Source: Eledone cirrhosa (lineage: Eukaryota). From it: 64,000 nt of DNA. The stretch spans positions 45,756,001 through 45,820,000 of the forward strand of contig OZ024750.1 of NCBI GenBank assembly GCA_964016885.1. Direction: 5' to 3'. The notes under the pieces are model-generated. The model worked only from the letters and a program-made list of their open reading frames with translations, ran no database searches and was not told the DNA's origin. Positions 39,462 through 55,594 of the stretch are shown one piece after another. The position numbers and the translations under genes are program-made. Every line of letters begins with the position of its first letter. Positions within the stretch are counted from its first letter, which is position 1.

Positions 39462-39492
39462 TGCGTGTGTGCGTGTGTATGTGTGTGTGTGT

Positions 39493-39577
<85 letters not shown>

Positions 39578-39942
39578 ATAACTTCAACATCTCATTTCTA
39601 TGAATTTAGCAGTAATTTATTAAGTAATATTTGATATCTGAAGAGAGGAATTAAAGTAGGGTTAGCAACAATAAACCATTCATATGCAATTAATACAAAT
39701 CTTTTTATAGTTGTGAGAAAATCATGGTTTGAAAATAGTGGAAACTGTATACTTTAATGGCTCAAACAACGATAACTGCATAAGATGATAATGGAATTCA
39801 TTTCTAAATAGTTTAACTGTTGAAATATATGTGTGGTGCTTGTCATGAAAGAATGTTACCATATGTGCCATGTATTTTGTTTGGAATTCAATAAATATGT
39901 ACACATACACACATACACACACATGCACACACACACACACAT

Positions 39943-39985
<43 letters not shown>

Positions 39986-40097
39986 CTCTCTCTCTCTCTC
40001 ACTCTCTCTCTCTATATATATATATGGTTTAACGGAATACTCGATGCGTGTTGCTCAGTTATTCTGTCTCCCTTTCTCCCTTTTTTCCTTTTTCTCT

Positions 40098-40143
<46 letters not shown>

Positions 40144-40144
40144 T

Positions 40145-40937
40145 CTATATACAAACAGACTCCCATTCTTACCTCGACTTCATCTCCTCCAATCAAACCC
40201 ACACCAAACACTTCATACCCTATTCCCAATTCCTCCGTCTTCGTCGGCTCTGTAGCTAGGACGACGATTTCGAAACCTATTCCCTCCACATGGCTTCCTC
40301 CTTCATCCATCGTGGATATCCCCCCCCCCCACTCTGATCTCACCTGCGCCCGTGAAACAGACCGTACCACAGCGCCCTCCTCAACTCCACCTTCCCAACA
40401 CCCGCGTTCCTTTCCCTATCTCCGACCTCTCCCACTCTGGGGACATACCTCCATTCCTTTCGCACCCTCTCTTCTGACCCTGTCACTTCTCGCTTTTTTC
40501 CAAACCCACCCATTACTGCTTTTAAGCGCGCCCGCAACCACCGCGACCTCCTGGTACGTAGTTTCTTCTCGTCCTCTCCTACGACTCCAACCGGCTCTCA
40601 TCCTTATACGCGTCCCCGCTGCAACACTTGTTCCTTTATTTCCACCCTCATCACTCTCATATGCCCCAACGGGTCTTTCCGTATCCGGCACTCTTTCATC
40701 TGCACCACCACCCACGGTGTCTATGCCCTCTGGTGTTCCCTTTGCGGTTCTTTATACATCGGACAAACGGGGCGCCGTATGGCATTTCAGGGACATACAA
40801 ATCGGTTTGGATACTCCTGCTGACCGTTGTTTCTGTTCTCCTGGTCATTCTTCCCTTCATGTCACAGGCCTCGCGTACCAGGACTGAACAGAGTCTGATT
40901 CTCCACCTTGGCTCCTATTCCACTCTTGGACTCAACT
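40145..40937 (+). pseudogene. Penelope-like retroelement (Neptune-like): RT thumb, Cys linker, GIY-YIG endonuclease; decayed
   Basis: YLDF...IPYSQFLRLRRLCS; RPRCNTC; VYALWCSLCGSLYIGQTGR (40719-40775); EQSLILHLG...GLN. Stops and frameshifts; 5' end truncated at (TA)n. Confidence 0.88.
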
Positions 40938-41196
40938 CACCTCCCCAATTTCTTTAATACCCCGTCCATTATCACACCCCTAGATTCCTATCGCTCCCTC
41001 ATGATCATAAACATCTTCTCAACTAATACACACCGACTAAATATGCACACTCCATTTTTCCCTTCACTGCTCTGTATACACGCATACACACTCTTATATT
41101 AACATACTTTTTTCTCATAGCTTCGTACTTACATGCACACACACTCTTTTACTTACATATACACACACATTTCTTCTTAGCTTCATACGGACGTAT

Positions 41197-41236
<40 letters not shown>

Positions 41237-41480
41237 ACATACACACACACACACACACACACCCACACACACACATACACACTAGACACCTGCACAAGTG
41301 TAGCTCTTTTTACAAAATGTTTTTTTTTTCCATTTCAGGTAGACGCTCTGAATCATCCACTTTTCTAAAAAAATATATCATACACAAAACGCCAGCACCA
41401 ACAGTTTTCCAATTCCATGAAGACATTTTTTTCCAATTCCAACGCGTCCGCCCCCTCGAGCTATCTTACCTCTCACTCTT

Positions 41481-41516
41481 TCTTCTGATGAAGGACTAGC
41501 GCCAGAAACGTTAAGA
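41481..41516 (+). ncRNA. Minimal PLE hammerhead in the 3' region of the Neptune-like element
   Basis: UCUU-CUGAUGA-aGG acuagcg CCa-GAAACGUU-AAGA; element ends at (TA)n ~41592. Confidence 0.7.
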
Positions 41517-41709
41517 CCCTCTTCCTGCTATATCAAGCGTTAACCTAATATATTCCTACCGATCGTGTTGTTATTTCTATTTACCTTTTAAATATATATA
41601 TATATATATATAATCAAAATTTCAAGTTATTAATAATGCAGTGATAATATATCGTCATGTTAGAGATGAACAGCGTACGTGTAGGTTTGCTCAACGTGTA
41701 GGTTTGCTC

Positions 41710-42115
41710 AACACTACTACACCAAACGACCATTGTTCAACTGGTCAAATATAGATTAAAATAGGCACTCCCAAAAATTCTTATTTAGATAAAATAAGCC
41801 ATATACTCATTGTATTCTCATTAAAAACCTTTATACTTGTTTACCAGCAAATTGAATTGCCATCTGTCATATACTATCCCTTCTCTTCTTCCTTTCTTAC
41901 AACTAATATAAATACTTTGATTTTTCTGATTTTTTCCAATTTATCCAATATCTCTGAAGAAGTGACAACTGATTATACATTTGCTATCGAATACTTGCTA
42001 ACATTATATGATTACGCAAGCAGCGATACATAGGTATTCCGTCTGTTACAGAAACATATGTCAATACCTAATAAATTCCTTTATAAAAGCAGTTTCATTT
42101 TATATTCATCTTTTC
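41710..42115 (+). mobile_element. Family I element (second copy) with HHR-like motif 41950-42067
   Basis: Near-identical to 2588-3003. Confidence 0.8.
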
Positions 42116-42118
42116 TAT

Positions 42119-42149
<31 letters not shown>

Positions 42150-42153
42150 GATA

Positions 42154-42222
42154 TATACATGCATATATAATATTACGCTACTCTCTATCACTGTTACATT
42201 ACATACACACACACACACACAG

Positions 42223-42286
<64 letters not shown>

Positions 42287-42305
42287 CTATATCTATATAT
42301 ATATT

Positions 42306-42402
<97 letters not shown>

Positions 42403-42477
42403 CTGTGTATGTGTGTGTGTGTGTGTATGTAATGTAACAGTGATAGAGAGTAGCGTAATATTATATATGCATGTATA
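42154..42477. repeat. Palindrome whose arms include (CA)n/(TG)n and whose centre is TA-rich
   Basis: Unique ~50-bp ends tatacatgcatatataatattacgctactctctatcactgttacattac and its exact reverse complement. Confidence 0.9.
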
Positions 42478-43873
42478 GTTAAGCAATTGGGAATAAATGC
42501 AATCGGGATATACTTTTCCAACGAGCTTGTATTTACAGCTAGAAAACAGAAATAGTGTCCTAGCAAACCTAGAAGTTTAAGTCTTATTGTGATATCACGG
42601 AAATTCATCACTTCTGAATAGACAGTAAATTGAGGCTAATCAACAGTACAACGTGTGGTTTAGATTTAGATAAATATATAGACAGTATATGCTTCTATAT
42701 ACTATATGGTATGTTCCCGTAACTCCTGATACAGTCGTCAGGACGCCGTATTGACATACGTCGTCTCTTGGGCCTTTTAAGCCTGGCGGAGCGAATCTCT
42801 TCTCCAGTCCTGAGTACGGCAGAAAGAGATATAGAAGAAGAAGCGACCCCAGTACTAGACTGGTACTTTTTTTATCGACATCGAAAGGATGAAGGTAAAA
42901 TATAGTACATAGACAGGTATATATGATAAGAATCTTTTAGTTTCTATATCAGACATGCATCAAGACGATTACAACATACCAGAACTTTTCTTTCATTGGT
43001 TGTGTTCACGAGAAAAGAATATCATTGAAATCCACATAATATGGTATTCCAGAGTTTTATCTATCTACTATTACACTATTTCCAATAGAATTATGGAATT
43101 TAAAGAAGCATTTGCTGTTATTAATTTCCCAGCGATTTAAAGAAACACAATCTCAAGGAGGTTGAATAGAGTATTATATTCTACTGGTTTGAAATTGGAG
43201 TAAAGTGATTTTAAGAAGATGTCTAAGATTTAAAAATAAACTATTTTCAAAGAGAAGGAATGGACGTTAAGAAACATTGTTTCATTGCTAGGCAAAACGA
43301 TATTAAATATTCTTTTGAAAACAGATTGATGTGACTTGAAGAAGCATTGCTTCAGGACTCGTCACTACCGGATTTAAAACAAAAACAACATTATTTCAGG
43401 AATGGAGGAAATTTACCCAATGACTAGGTGACAAAGTTTGTAGAAGCGTTGAATCAATACTGGACGTAGCGTTATCTAATGTGTTATGAAAGTACAGTAA
43501 AATGATGTGTGTACAAGGCTCAGCTGCCCCGACTGGCAGTATCTGAAGTGGGCCCCTATTCTGTGTTAAGGACTCACCCCGTACATTTGAAACGTTAGAT
43601 TAGTTTCCGTCATAAATTAAGAAGGGGGAGGATAAAGAGAGAATGAGGATACCGAGATTATCTCTCTCAATGAGGTTTGTTGGAGGAACACAACTCGGGA
43701 AGTAGGTCCCGGATAAGACTTGTAACAGTGGAGAGTGGGGATCTCTTGTCACCTAATACAGAATAGCGGAGGAGGAGGGGAGGAGGAGGAGATATGTTCA
43801 GCTCATTCTCTCTCTTTCTTTCTCACTCTCTCTCTCTCTCTCACCTCTCCCCTCTTCTCTTTCTTCCAACATT

Positions 43874-44022
43874 AGAAGAAGAAGAAGAAGAAGAAGAAGA
43901 AGAAGAAGAAGAAGAAGAAGAAGAAGAAGAAGAAAAGGAAGAGAGAAGAAGAAGAAGAAAAGGAAGAGAGAAGAAGAAGAAGAAGAAGAAAAGGAAGAGA
44001 GAAAAGAAGCAGAAGAAGAAAA

Positions 44023-44053
<31 letters not shown>

Positions 44054-44060
44054 AAGAAGA
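43874..44060. repeat. (GAA)n microsatellite
   Basis: Direct inspection. Confidence 0.95.
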
Positions 44061-44402
44061 TGTCGCCACAAGGTACTTGATAAAATCTCTTCTATATTAC
44101 AATAACTCTTTAAATGCGAGATTTACATATTTTACACTTGGTGTGTAGAGTTTAATTTTATACTTGAAATCGCATTACAGATATTTTTAACATAACTGGA
44201 ACCAACTAATAAATACAATTCGCTTGCATTAATTCCACTCGCAATAACTGAACATATCGGACAGAAAGCCATTTTAAATGTTGTTCTACTTAATAAAACA
44301 TTAAATACTTGTAAATACTATATCGTATGACAGATTCTCACATGAAACATAATATGTTAAAGAAGAAAAATAATAGTCGAATACATAAATAAAAAAATTG
44401 AC

Positions 44403-44499
<97 letters not shown>

Positions 44500-44810
44500 T
44501 ATATATATATTTATATATATGAAATGAAATTTGAATTATGTGAAATACAGAAAATATCGAAAAAGTTAAGGGATTCAACTTCTAATTTTAATTTTTTTTT
44601 TAAATATTTTTTTTAGTATTCTTTCACAATTTCAAATAAATTTTCTAAGTTTTGCTACATCTGGAAAAGGTGTAAATATTAGCGTGAGGAAGCTTCTGTT
44701 TGACAACTGTCAAATCATTTTCAGTTACGTGAATGATAGAAATGACACAACGAAACGTGCATATAATCTTAGTATCTGTTGAGAAAATAAATAAACTAAT
44801 GTTTTTACAG

Positions 44811-44953
44811 CTTTTCAGCATAGTTACGTCCCTTTACGGTCTGAGTTCAAATCCCACCGAGATTAACTTTGCCTTTCATCCTTACGGGGTCGATAAAATA
44901 AAGTACCACTCATGCACTGGGTAATTGCTGGCCTTGTGCCAAAAGAAACAATT
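44811..44953 (+). mobile_element. 5'-truncated tRNA-derived SINE
   Basis: B-box and core as in other copies. Confidence 0.88.
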
Positions 44954-45072
44954 AGTTCTTTTGCTTCAATTGGTGCGTTAACGAAGGTTGACCGTGATGA
45001 GAGAGTGAGACAACAAACCACAAGATTATCCTTTTGAGGTACCATAGTATGTTTCTATCTATCTATACCTGC

Positions 45073-45491
<419 letters not shown>

Positions 45492-45681
45492 CAACGAGTA
45501 GGACCCCGACGACTGAGCTCAAGCAGTTTCGACGGCTAATTCCGTCCAGAATTAGCCGTCGAAACGGCTTGAGCTCAACCGTCGGGGTCCTACTCGTTCC
45601 TATTACCCACTCTACTACCCTAAGTATTGAGTACTTTGGTGCGTTATGGTCCATCTGGTTCCTTACCACATTTCCTTCGTT
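45492..45681 (+). mobile_element. Family A fold-back element
   Basis: Matches 948-1131; centre aattccgtccagaatt. Confidence 0.88.
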
Positions 45682-45756
45682 ATATATATATATATATATA
45701 TAGATATATCACAGAAAAAAAGAGAATCAGTGTTACGACGAATGGAATTTATTGGA

Positions 45757-45848
45757 CATATTACAATCATTTCTCTGGCGACCAGTTCGAGGCACGATCG
45801 ATGTGATGATTGAAACTGACTCTGTAAATCGCAAGGTCCTCAGATACG
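45757..45848 (-). ncRNA. Hammerhead motif with large stem-II insertion (family J)
   Basis: Minus: CGUAU-CUGAGGA-cCUuGCGAUU(...)GGUCGCcAGa-GAAA-U gauu G-UA-AUAUG then AAUAAA. Confidence 0.6.
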
Positions 45849-45999
45849 TCTTGATGCTACGAAGCAGATTTTCCTATAGGAAAAAGAGAAAGTGCGTATC
45901 ACCACACTCTTACGCCTGTTAAATTCTGAGCTCCGTATGTATGCATAATATATAAATGAAATGAATGAGGTCCATTGATCAGCTGTGAACAACTTCCAG

Positions 46000-47427
46000 G
46001 AGAGACAGTTACAACCTACAGCTTGGTACTTTACTATGATAATTTAGTGAGAGGTACACCCTACAACTTGGTACTCTAGTATAACCTCTGTAGTGAGAGT
46101 TACAACCTACAACTTGGTACTCTAGTATACCCTCTGTAGTGAGAGTTACCATCTACAACTTGGTACTCTAGTATAACCTCTGTAGTGAGAGTTACAGCCT
46201 GCAACTAGGTACTCTAGTCTAACCTCTGTAGTGAGAGTTACAACCTACAACTTGGTACTCTAGTATAACCTCTGTATGGAGAGTTACAACCTACAACTTG
46301 GTACTCTAGTATAACCTCTGTATGGAGAGTTACAACCTACAACTTGGTACTCTAGTATAACCTCTATAGTGAGAGTTACCATCTACAACTTGGTACTCTA
46401 GTATAACCTCTATAGTGAGAGTTACCATCTACAACTTGGTCCTCTAGTATAACCTCTGTAGTGAGAGTTACAACCTGCAACTAGGTACTCTAGTCTAACC
46501 TCTGTAGTGAGAGTTACAACCTACAACTTGGTACTCTAGTATAACCTCTGTATGGAGAGTTACAACCTACAACTTGGTACTCTAGTATAACCTCTGTATG
46601 GAGAGTTACAACCTACAACTTGGTACTCTAGTATAATCTCTATAGTGAGAGTTACCATCTACAACTTGGTACTCTAGAATAACCTCCGTAGTGTGAGTTT
46701 CAACCTACAACTTGGTACCCTAGTATGACCTCTGTAGGAAAAGTTACAACCTGCAGCTTGGTACTCTAGTATAACTTGTGTAGGGAGAGTTGCAACCTAC
46801 AGCTTGGTACCCTAGTATAACCTCTGTAGGAAAAGTTACAACCTGCAGCTTGGTACTCTAGTATAACCTGTGTAGGGAGAGTTACAACCTGCAGCTTGGT
46901 ACTCTTATATAACCTGTGTATGGAGAGTTACAACCTACAACTTGGTACTCTAGTATAACCTGTGTAGGGAGAGTTGCAACCTACAGCTTGGTACTCTAGT
47001 ATAACCTGTGTAGGGAGAGTTGCAACCTACAGCTTGGTACTCTAGTATAACCTCTGTAGTGAGAGTTACAACCTACAGCTTGGTACCTTAGTATAACCTT
47101 TGTAGGAAGAGTTACAACCTGCAGCTTGGTACTCTAGTATAACCTGTGTATGGAGATATACAACCTACAACTTGGTACTCTAGTATAACCTGTGTAGGGA
47201 GAGTTGCAACCTACAGCTTGGTACTCTAGTATAACCTCTGTAGGAAGAGTTACAACCTGCAGCTTGGTACTCTAGTATAACCTGTGTAGGGAGAGTTGCA
47301 ACCTACAGCTTGGTACTCTAGTATAACCTCTGTAGTGAGAGTTCAAACCCACAGCTTGGTACCCTCGTATAACCTCTGTAGTGAGAGTTACAACCTACAA
47401 CTTGGTACTCTAGTATAACCTCTGTAC
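46000..47427. repeat. 46-bp minisatellite, ~31 copies
   Basis: gagagttacaacctacaacttggtactctagtataacctctgtagt; unit starts 46095, 46141, 46187... Confidence 0.96.
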
Positions 47428-47491
47428 ATAAACGCAGAAAACAACTCTTGTTGAAGCCTCTTTCAGCTCAAAAACAATTTAACTGTTAAAT

Positions 47492-47770
47492 CACCACACC
47501 AGCACCACCACCACTACCACCACCACCACCACCACCACCGCGGCCACCACCACCGCGGCCACCACCACCACCACCACCACCACCACCACCCCCACCCCCA
47601 CCACCACCAACAACAACAACAACCCCACCACAACCACCACCACCACCACCGTCAACAACTGCAACACTAACACCACCACCAACACCACCAGCACCATAAC
47701 ACCACCATCAACACCTTAACACCACCACTAGCACCACCAACACCACCACCATCAACACTAACAGCACCAC
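47492..47770. repeat. (CAC/CAA)n microsatellite
   Basis: Direct inspection. Confidence 0.92.
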
Positions 47771-48562
47771 CTCGATGGCAGAACTAATGTTTCCTCCAAA
47801 CTTCATAAAATGATATCATTTTACACAAAATAACTCGACGACGTCAAAATAACTCAAGGATTTCAACATAAATCAATGATATGGTTTCTGATGCAAAAGA
47901 TTCAACAGACACAAAGTCTCTTGCCTGACAAGGTAAATATCGCAACTTCTCACGGCAAATATCGTTTGCTATCCGATCTACTCAAACTCTCCCCTCTATG
48001 CTTTCAAGTAACTCCGTACCAACGAAATAGATTCCACCTACTATTTAATTCACCACAAGTTTCATTACCAGTTTCAACCTAAGATTCCACTGCTCGACTT
48101 TTTATTGGTTGTCAATAGAAAAAGGCTTGTTCACGGCATGACAAATATTATCCAATAACAACAACGGCATACAACATCATAACCCTTCCCTAATCAACTG
48201 TATTTCGCACCAATATTATTCTTTATAATATATTTTCTGTACAACAAACCGACGCATTGTCTCATTACTTATTAAGATGATTGAAATTTTAATCACCACA
48301 AAATCTAGATTTGGAAAACTAAGTAGCAAACCCTTATAGGTAGTAAGATTTGGAGATTCGGAGGGGTTCAGATTGAAATTAGCTGATTGCAAATGTAATT
48401 TTGAGAAACTTGTGAAACATAAAGTATTTTAAGCGACTCAGACATTCAAATCAAAGTGTAATCAACATATTGATCAACTCTTTGTATGTGTATATAAATA
48501 TATGTATGTATAATAAAATATGCATTCCTATATATATATATACTTACAAATATATTTATATG

Positions 48563-48651
<89 letters not shown>

Positions 48652-48792
48652 ATATATATATGTGTATGAGTGTGTGCGTCTGTGTGTGTGTGCGTGTGTG
48701 GTGATTGTGTGTCACATTTCTTAAAATACACCGTGTCTTACATATGAATAAATATCGAATTATAATTTGTGCTAGAATATACATACATACAA

Positions 48793-48919
<127 letters not shown>

Positions 48920-48944
48920 AATATATATACATATACATACATAT

Positions 48945-48979
<35 letters not shown>

Positions 48980-49119
48980 ATCATTTAAAATATCAATAAA
49001 TATGTAATATATATTATCTAGAAATATAATTGGTAGAGAATATATCTTCGCGTCACTATAACTGTGTATGTACGTGTATATAATATACATACATATGTGT
49101 GTTTATATATTGATATATG

Positions 49120-49800
<681 letters not shown>

Positions 49801-50687
49801 CATATATACATACATTCATTTATATTATCTATGAATATAACACGTTCTAATTTACAATAGGATGTAGTAAGTGAATCATTAGTGATTGCAGGTAAGTAAT
49901 GTGGAGTTCTTGATCAAATCTTCCTCCAATTTATATATATCGCCTAACGCTATTTTAAAAATATATCATTATCTTGACATACCATCATGTGGGGGATATC
50001 AATTCATACACTCACTCTTCAGGATTAGATTGACTCAGAGGTGTAATTTCAAATGATATTATAATTTTGATGATATAATTATCTTTATTATGATATAAAA
50101 AAAGTTGATTCAAATAGAGTAGAAAATATGAATTATTTAATTTACTGTTATTTAGTTCCGAGTTCAAATATCTGCGTGGTTGGTTCTTCCTGGGGAAATC
50201 TATCTTAGCACGTCCCATAAAACATGTAGCGGCTGATGACACCTTCTTTCCCCATCTTTATGTGTCTTCACCTTATTTTATAATCTATTTCATAACATCT
50301 CCGTGCATAAGCAGCATTGTTTTTATTAAATTTATCCCCTCAACGCTTCGTAAATGTCCGAGAAATCAACTACATATACATGCCAAATAACACCCCTCTG
50401 TCATTAAAATATAACCACGGGAATTGTTTAAATGTTATAGTCTAATAAAATGTGTACATCATTTCGTATGGTTTTCTTTTCACGGTAGCTTTCGATCTCG
50501 AAGCAATCGATTAATTAGCAGCAGTGTTGAAATGGAATCTCCGTCTGTTTTGATAACGAGAGTTACGATTTCTTTATCAATGGAAATCCTTGCTCCTGAA
50601 AGTAAAGTGTAAGAGAGCAATAATTCTACAGATACCTCTGACCTTCGCGTAATACTATGGAAGACTTAGCTGGCTTAAGTATTTTTG

Positions 50688-51040
50688 GCACATATACCCG
50701 CCTCATAATGAGAGTGCAAAACCTATCCTGGAAACGACATCCCACCTTGTCTAAAATCTATGGCAAACTCCCTCGAGCCTCTGCCCTTCTAAAATCCCGG
50801 AGAGCTCAATTTACTGGCCACTGTCACTTTGCCAGCAATGAAATCATATCCGTTCTCTTGCTCTGGAACCCTGACTCCAGCCTGACTAGGAGTAGGAAGC
50901 TGTCATATCCTGACGTTATCTCTAGGGATACGGGAATCAGCAGACAAGACCTGGGGGCAGCGATGGGGGACGGTGGATTCTGGGGCATGAGAGTGAGATC
51001 CATCATCTCGACAGTAGTCGACGAGTGGTGATGATGATGA
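50688..51040 (+). pseudogene. RTE-clade LINE 3' fragment (family R3)
   Basis: GTYTRLIMRVQNLSWKRHPT...RRAQFTGHC...LLWNP; (TGA)n tail. Confidence 0.88.
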
Positions 51041-52082
51041 AGTATTTTTGTAAAAAATCTGGTCTATTGAATTAAAAATGCGGGGCATTAAATAGGTTTC
51101 CAAATAGTTTCCGCCCACCCAATTTTTCTCTGAAAGCTTGGCTCTATCAGAGACTATATAGTAAATTACATATCTTAAACATGCAGATACGCTGCCTGCA
51201 CAAATCAGCGGGTTTACAGTGTGAGAGAAGAGATATTGTTGTATTTATCCCGAATCGTTCAAATTCTGCCGAGGATGAAATATAAAACTAATCAAGGATG
51301 ATGGACTAGCTGAATAGTTAGTGTCGGACCAGCTGTCTTGTGATAACATTTTCGGACTCTTGTATTCTGAGTTCAAACCTAGCCGTAGCCTACGTGTGTG
51401 GAAGATACAATTTCATATGGATTAAAAGCACCATTTGGACGACGTTGTAAATTGTAAGGCGAATAAAATGGAAATAAAGTTTGAATCTTCAAAATGGTGT
51501 GATAGAATGTTCTGTTCTCTTAAGCACTCATTTTAACTAATAATTTCATTACCAAACCACACTTCTATAGAAATTATTCACCGTATCATTACCAGATTAC
51601 AAACGAAACATCCATTACATAGTTAATCAGCATGCTGCATATAATAACTAAAGCAATTTACAATACAATGCTACTGCTTGTTTTAATCAATATACTTCTA
51701 GATATTTACAAAAGACAGGAGGTGAAATGTTGAAGGTCATTCTCATTAGGATTATGCTAAAAGATTTGACCTGGTATTAAACAATAACATAGGGGTATAT
51801 ATGGAATCATATTGGACATGTACATAAAATATATATAAGAAAATGGTACCCAGATAGGGGCGTATAAGTAAGAATATATGATATGTTAACGCAATTTCTA
51901 AATAATATCATGAAAGCGCAGATTAAGTAACGTTATACTTTCATATGAAGGTATTTATGATGGAGTCGTAATGCTCTGAGAAGCATACAGTGTATTTTAA
52001 GCACTTAAAACTGTTGTGGACCCCACCCTCTCCACATGTGAACACTGCTGATTATTTTCAGAGGAGATATATATATACACAT

Positions 52083-52207
<125 letters not shown>

Positions 52208-52394
52208 GAAACAGAGATATAAGGGGAAGTCTCTATCTAAGTGTTGGAACAATACATTTTTTTATCGTCCGTGGTCGGATGAAAGGCAAAGTTGGCCTCG
52301 GTAGGATTTGAACTCAGATAGCACAGAAAACCGGAACGAACACTGAACACATTCCATTCTATGTTTTAATTATACCAATTCGATGCCTAAATTT

Positions 52395-52572
52395 CTTATA
52401 TACAAGATCTTATATACATTTTTTTATATTCTAGATCTTATATACATTTCTTATATACTAGATCTTATATACATTTTTTATATTCTAGATCTTATATAAA
52501 TTTCTTATATACTAGATCTCATATAATTTTTTTTATATTCTAGATCTTATATAATTTTTTTATATACTAGAT
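52395..52572. repeat. ~27-bp minisatellite, ~7 copies
   Basis: agatct at ~52406, 52433, 52461, 52487, 52514, 52542. Confidence 0.85.
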
Positions 52573-53063
52573 ATTTAAATGATAGAAAATATGAAATATT
52601 TCAAGGTGAAATGTACTTTCATTATGGGTCCTTAGAGTTATGGTAAACCTGGAGCAAAGACACGACTGCACCTCCATTAATAACAGTAACAACAACAATG
52701 ATAGCGAGGAAAACACCGCCACCACAACCGGTACCACGACTAACAACAACAATAATATTATTAGATGGTCTCTACATTCTTAAGCTATCAATTCTTTTAA
52801 ACATTACAAAAAATGTTATGAATGTCAATGGAAATTGTTTTAATATAATACAACTATACGCGTTTCATAGCATACTTCTTTCTAGAATCCATTTTTTTTT
52901 TTTTCAAATGACGCTCATTCTCATTAACTTTCTCACATATTTTCCATCCTATTCTATCTAACGCTCTCCTTTCTGATACCTTTATATCTATCAATCTATA
53001 TATTGTGGTTGTGGCAAATAAAGAAATCGCTCTCTCTCTCTATTTCTCTATCTCTCTCTCTCC

Positions 53064-53182
<119 letters not shown>

Positions 53183-53218
53183 CATATATATATATATTTA
53201 TTTATTCCTTTATATATA

Positions 53219-53265
<47 letters not shown>

Positions 53266-53655
53266 TTATTCGTTTTTTCCTTTATTTCGTTATCTCTTTA
53301 TCTATCTGTCAATCGCTATCTCACTCTCTTTCTCTCTCACACTCTCTCTCTCTTTCCCTCTCCCCCTCTCTCTCTCTCTATCTCTCTCTATCGGTCTGTC
53401 TATCTCTCTCTCTCTATCTATCTCTCTATCTATCTATCTATCTATCTATCTATCCTCCTATCTATAGTTAACTGTAGGTAGCCACGTCTTTCCTGTCTGT
53501 TGTAATATTATATTGTATTTATAATGAATACATTGAAATAGAAGTTCAACTTTTAACGTCGAAATAGATAAATATGTTAACCTTACAATATGTATTCAAT
53601 TCTCTTCACTTTGTTCCTCGTACAATATGGTATGATACGGAATGTGTAGCTAGAA

Positions 53656-53781
<126 letters not shown>

Positions 53782-53924
53782 TATATATAAATATATATAA
53801 ATAAATATATATAAATATATATATATAAATAAATATATATAAATATATATATATCAATATATATATATATATATTGATATATATATATATTTATATATAT
53901 TTATATATATATATAAATATATAA

Positions 53925-53973
<49 letters not shown>

Positions 53974-53978
53974 TATAA

Positions 53979-54047
<69 letters not shown>

Positions 54048-54048
54048 C

Positions 54049-54115
<67 letters not shown>

Positions 54116-54202
54116 TATTTACTTTATATAACATACATTTACTTTATATACATATATTTACTTTATATACATTTATGTATATATATATATATATATATTT
54201 AC

Positions 54203-54275
<73 letters not shown>

Positions 54276-54317
54276 ATATATCTATAAATATATAAACATA
54301 TATTTACTTTATATAAA

Positions 54318-54407
<90 letters not shown>

Positions 54408-55062
54408 TATACACATATAAGTATCTGTGCGTGTTTGTGTCTATACATATTGTTATACATATATATATATAAATACACATACACATATATATTTATGATC
54501 ATGAAATTATTTTATATTTGACATTCTATTTCTATCTATATTTTACACACTTTATATATTGTGTGTAACTCACAAATACAAAGACACGTGCAAACACGCC
54601 AACACGATATCACATACCATATACGTATAATGGTAAGCTTAAACAAAACCTTACGCACAGGCACATGCATGCTTGTGTTTATGTGTGTGTATATAAGGTT
54701 GTGTATATATATAAAGAATCATAGAGAGAGAGAGTGTGTGTGTGTGTGTGTGTCTGGGAGTGTGTGTGAGAGAGTGTTTGTGAGAGAAATAGAGGAAGGA
54801 GAAAGAGAGATAGATAGATAAATATATGTAGCTTAATAGAATATACACACTCTCAGACACATACACACAAACACATACATACACACACTCTCTCTCTATA
54901 TATATATATAGGTGTGAGTCTGGGTGTTCCAATGTAAACACTGTGTTGTGTTATCTTTGGAGTTACGGCTACAAACACAATGCATACATCCAGACATGCC
55001 TACATATATAAACGCACCACACACACCCATATATATACATCTATCTATCTATCTATCTATGG

Positions 55063-55125
<63 letters not shown>

Positions 55126-55204
55126 AATATTTTAGACCCCGACGGGACAGCTTAAGCCCTTTCGACGGCTATTTCTGGACAATTTCCTTACCACACCTCC
55201 TTGG

Positions 55205-55242
<38 letters not shown>

Positions 55243-55246
55243 GTGT

Positions 55247-55302
<56 letters not shown>

Positions 55303-55378
55303 TTATATATATATACTCCCACATATATATATATGTGTGTGTGAGAGTTTATAAATATATATATATATATATATGCGT

Positions 55379-55476
<98 letters not shown>

Positions 55477-55530
55477 TTAGATAGATATAAATAGATAGAT
55501 AGATAGATAGATAAATCGATAGATAGATAA

Positions 55531-55594
<64 letters not shown>

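Noticed and set aside
40048-40887. 279-aa Pro/Ser-rich ORF as a host gene
   Set aside because: Alternative frame over the decayed PLE; the conserved motifs lie in other frames.
42700-43790. Possible host exon(s) in non-repetitive stretches (also 47770-48470, 55640-56460, 63600-64000)
   Set aside because: No recognisable protein motif or convincing open frame with splice sites; small exons cannot be excluded without RNA-seq.
46000-47427. CRISPR-like array
   Set aside because: Contiguous 46-bp units with no unique spacers, no cas genes, eukaryotic context.
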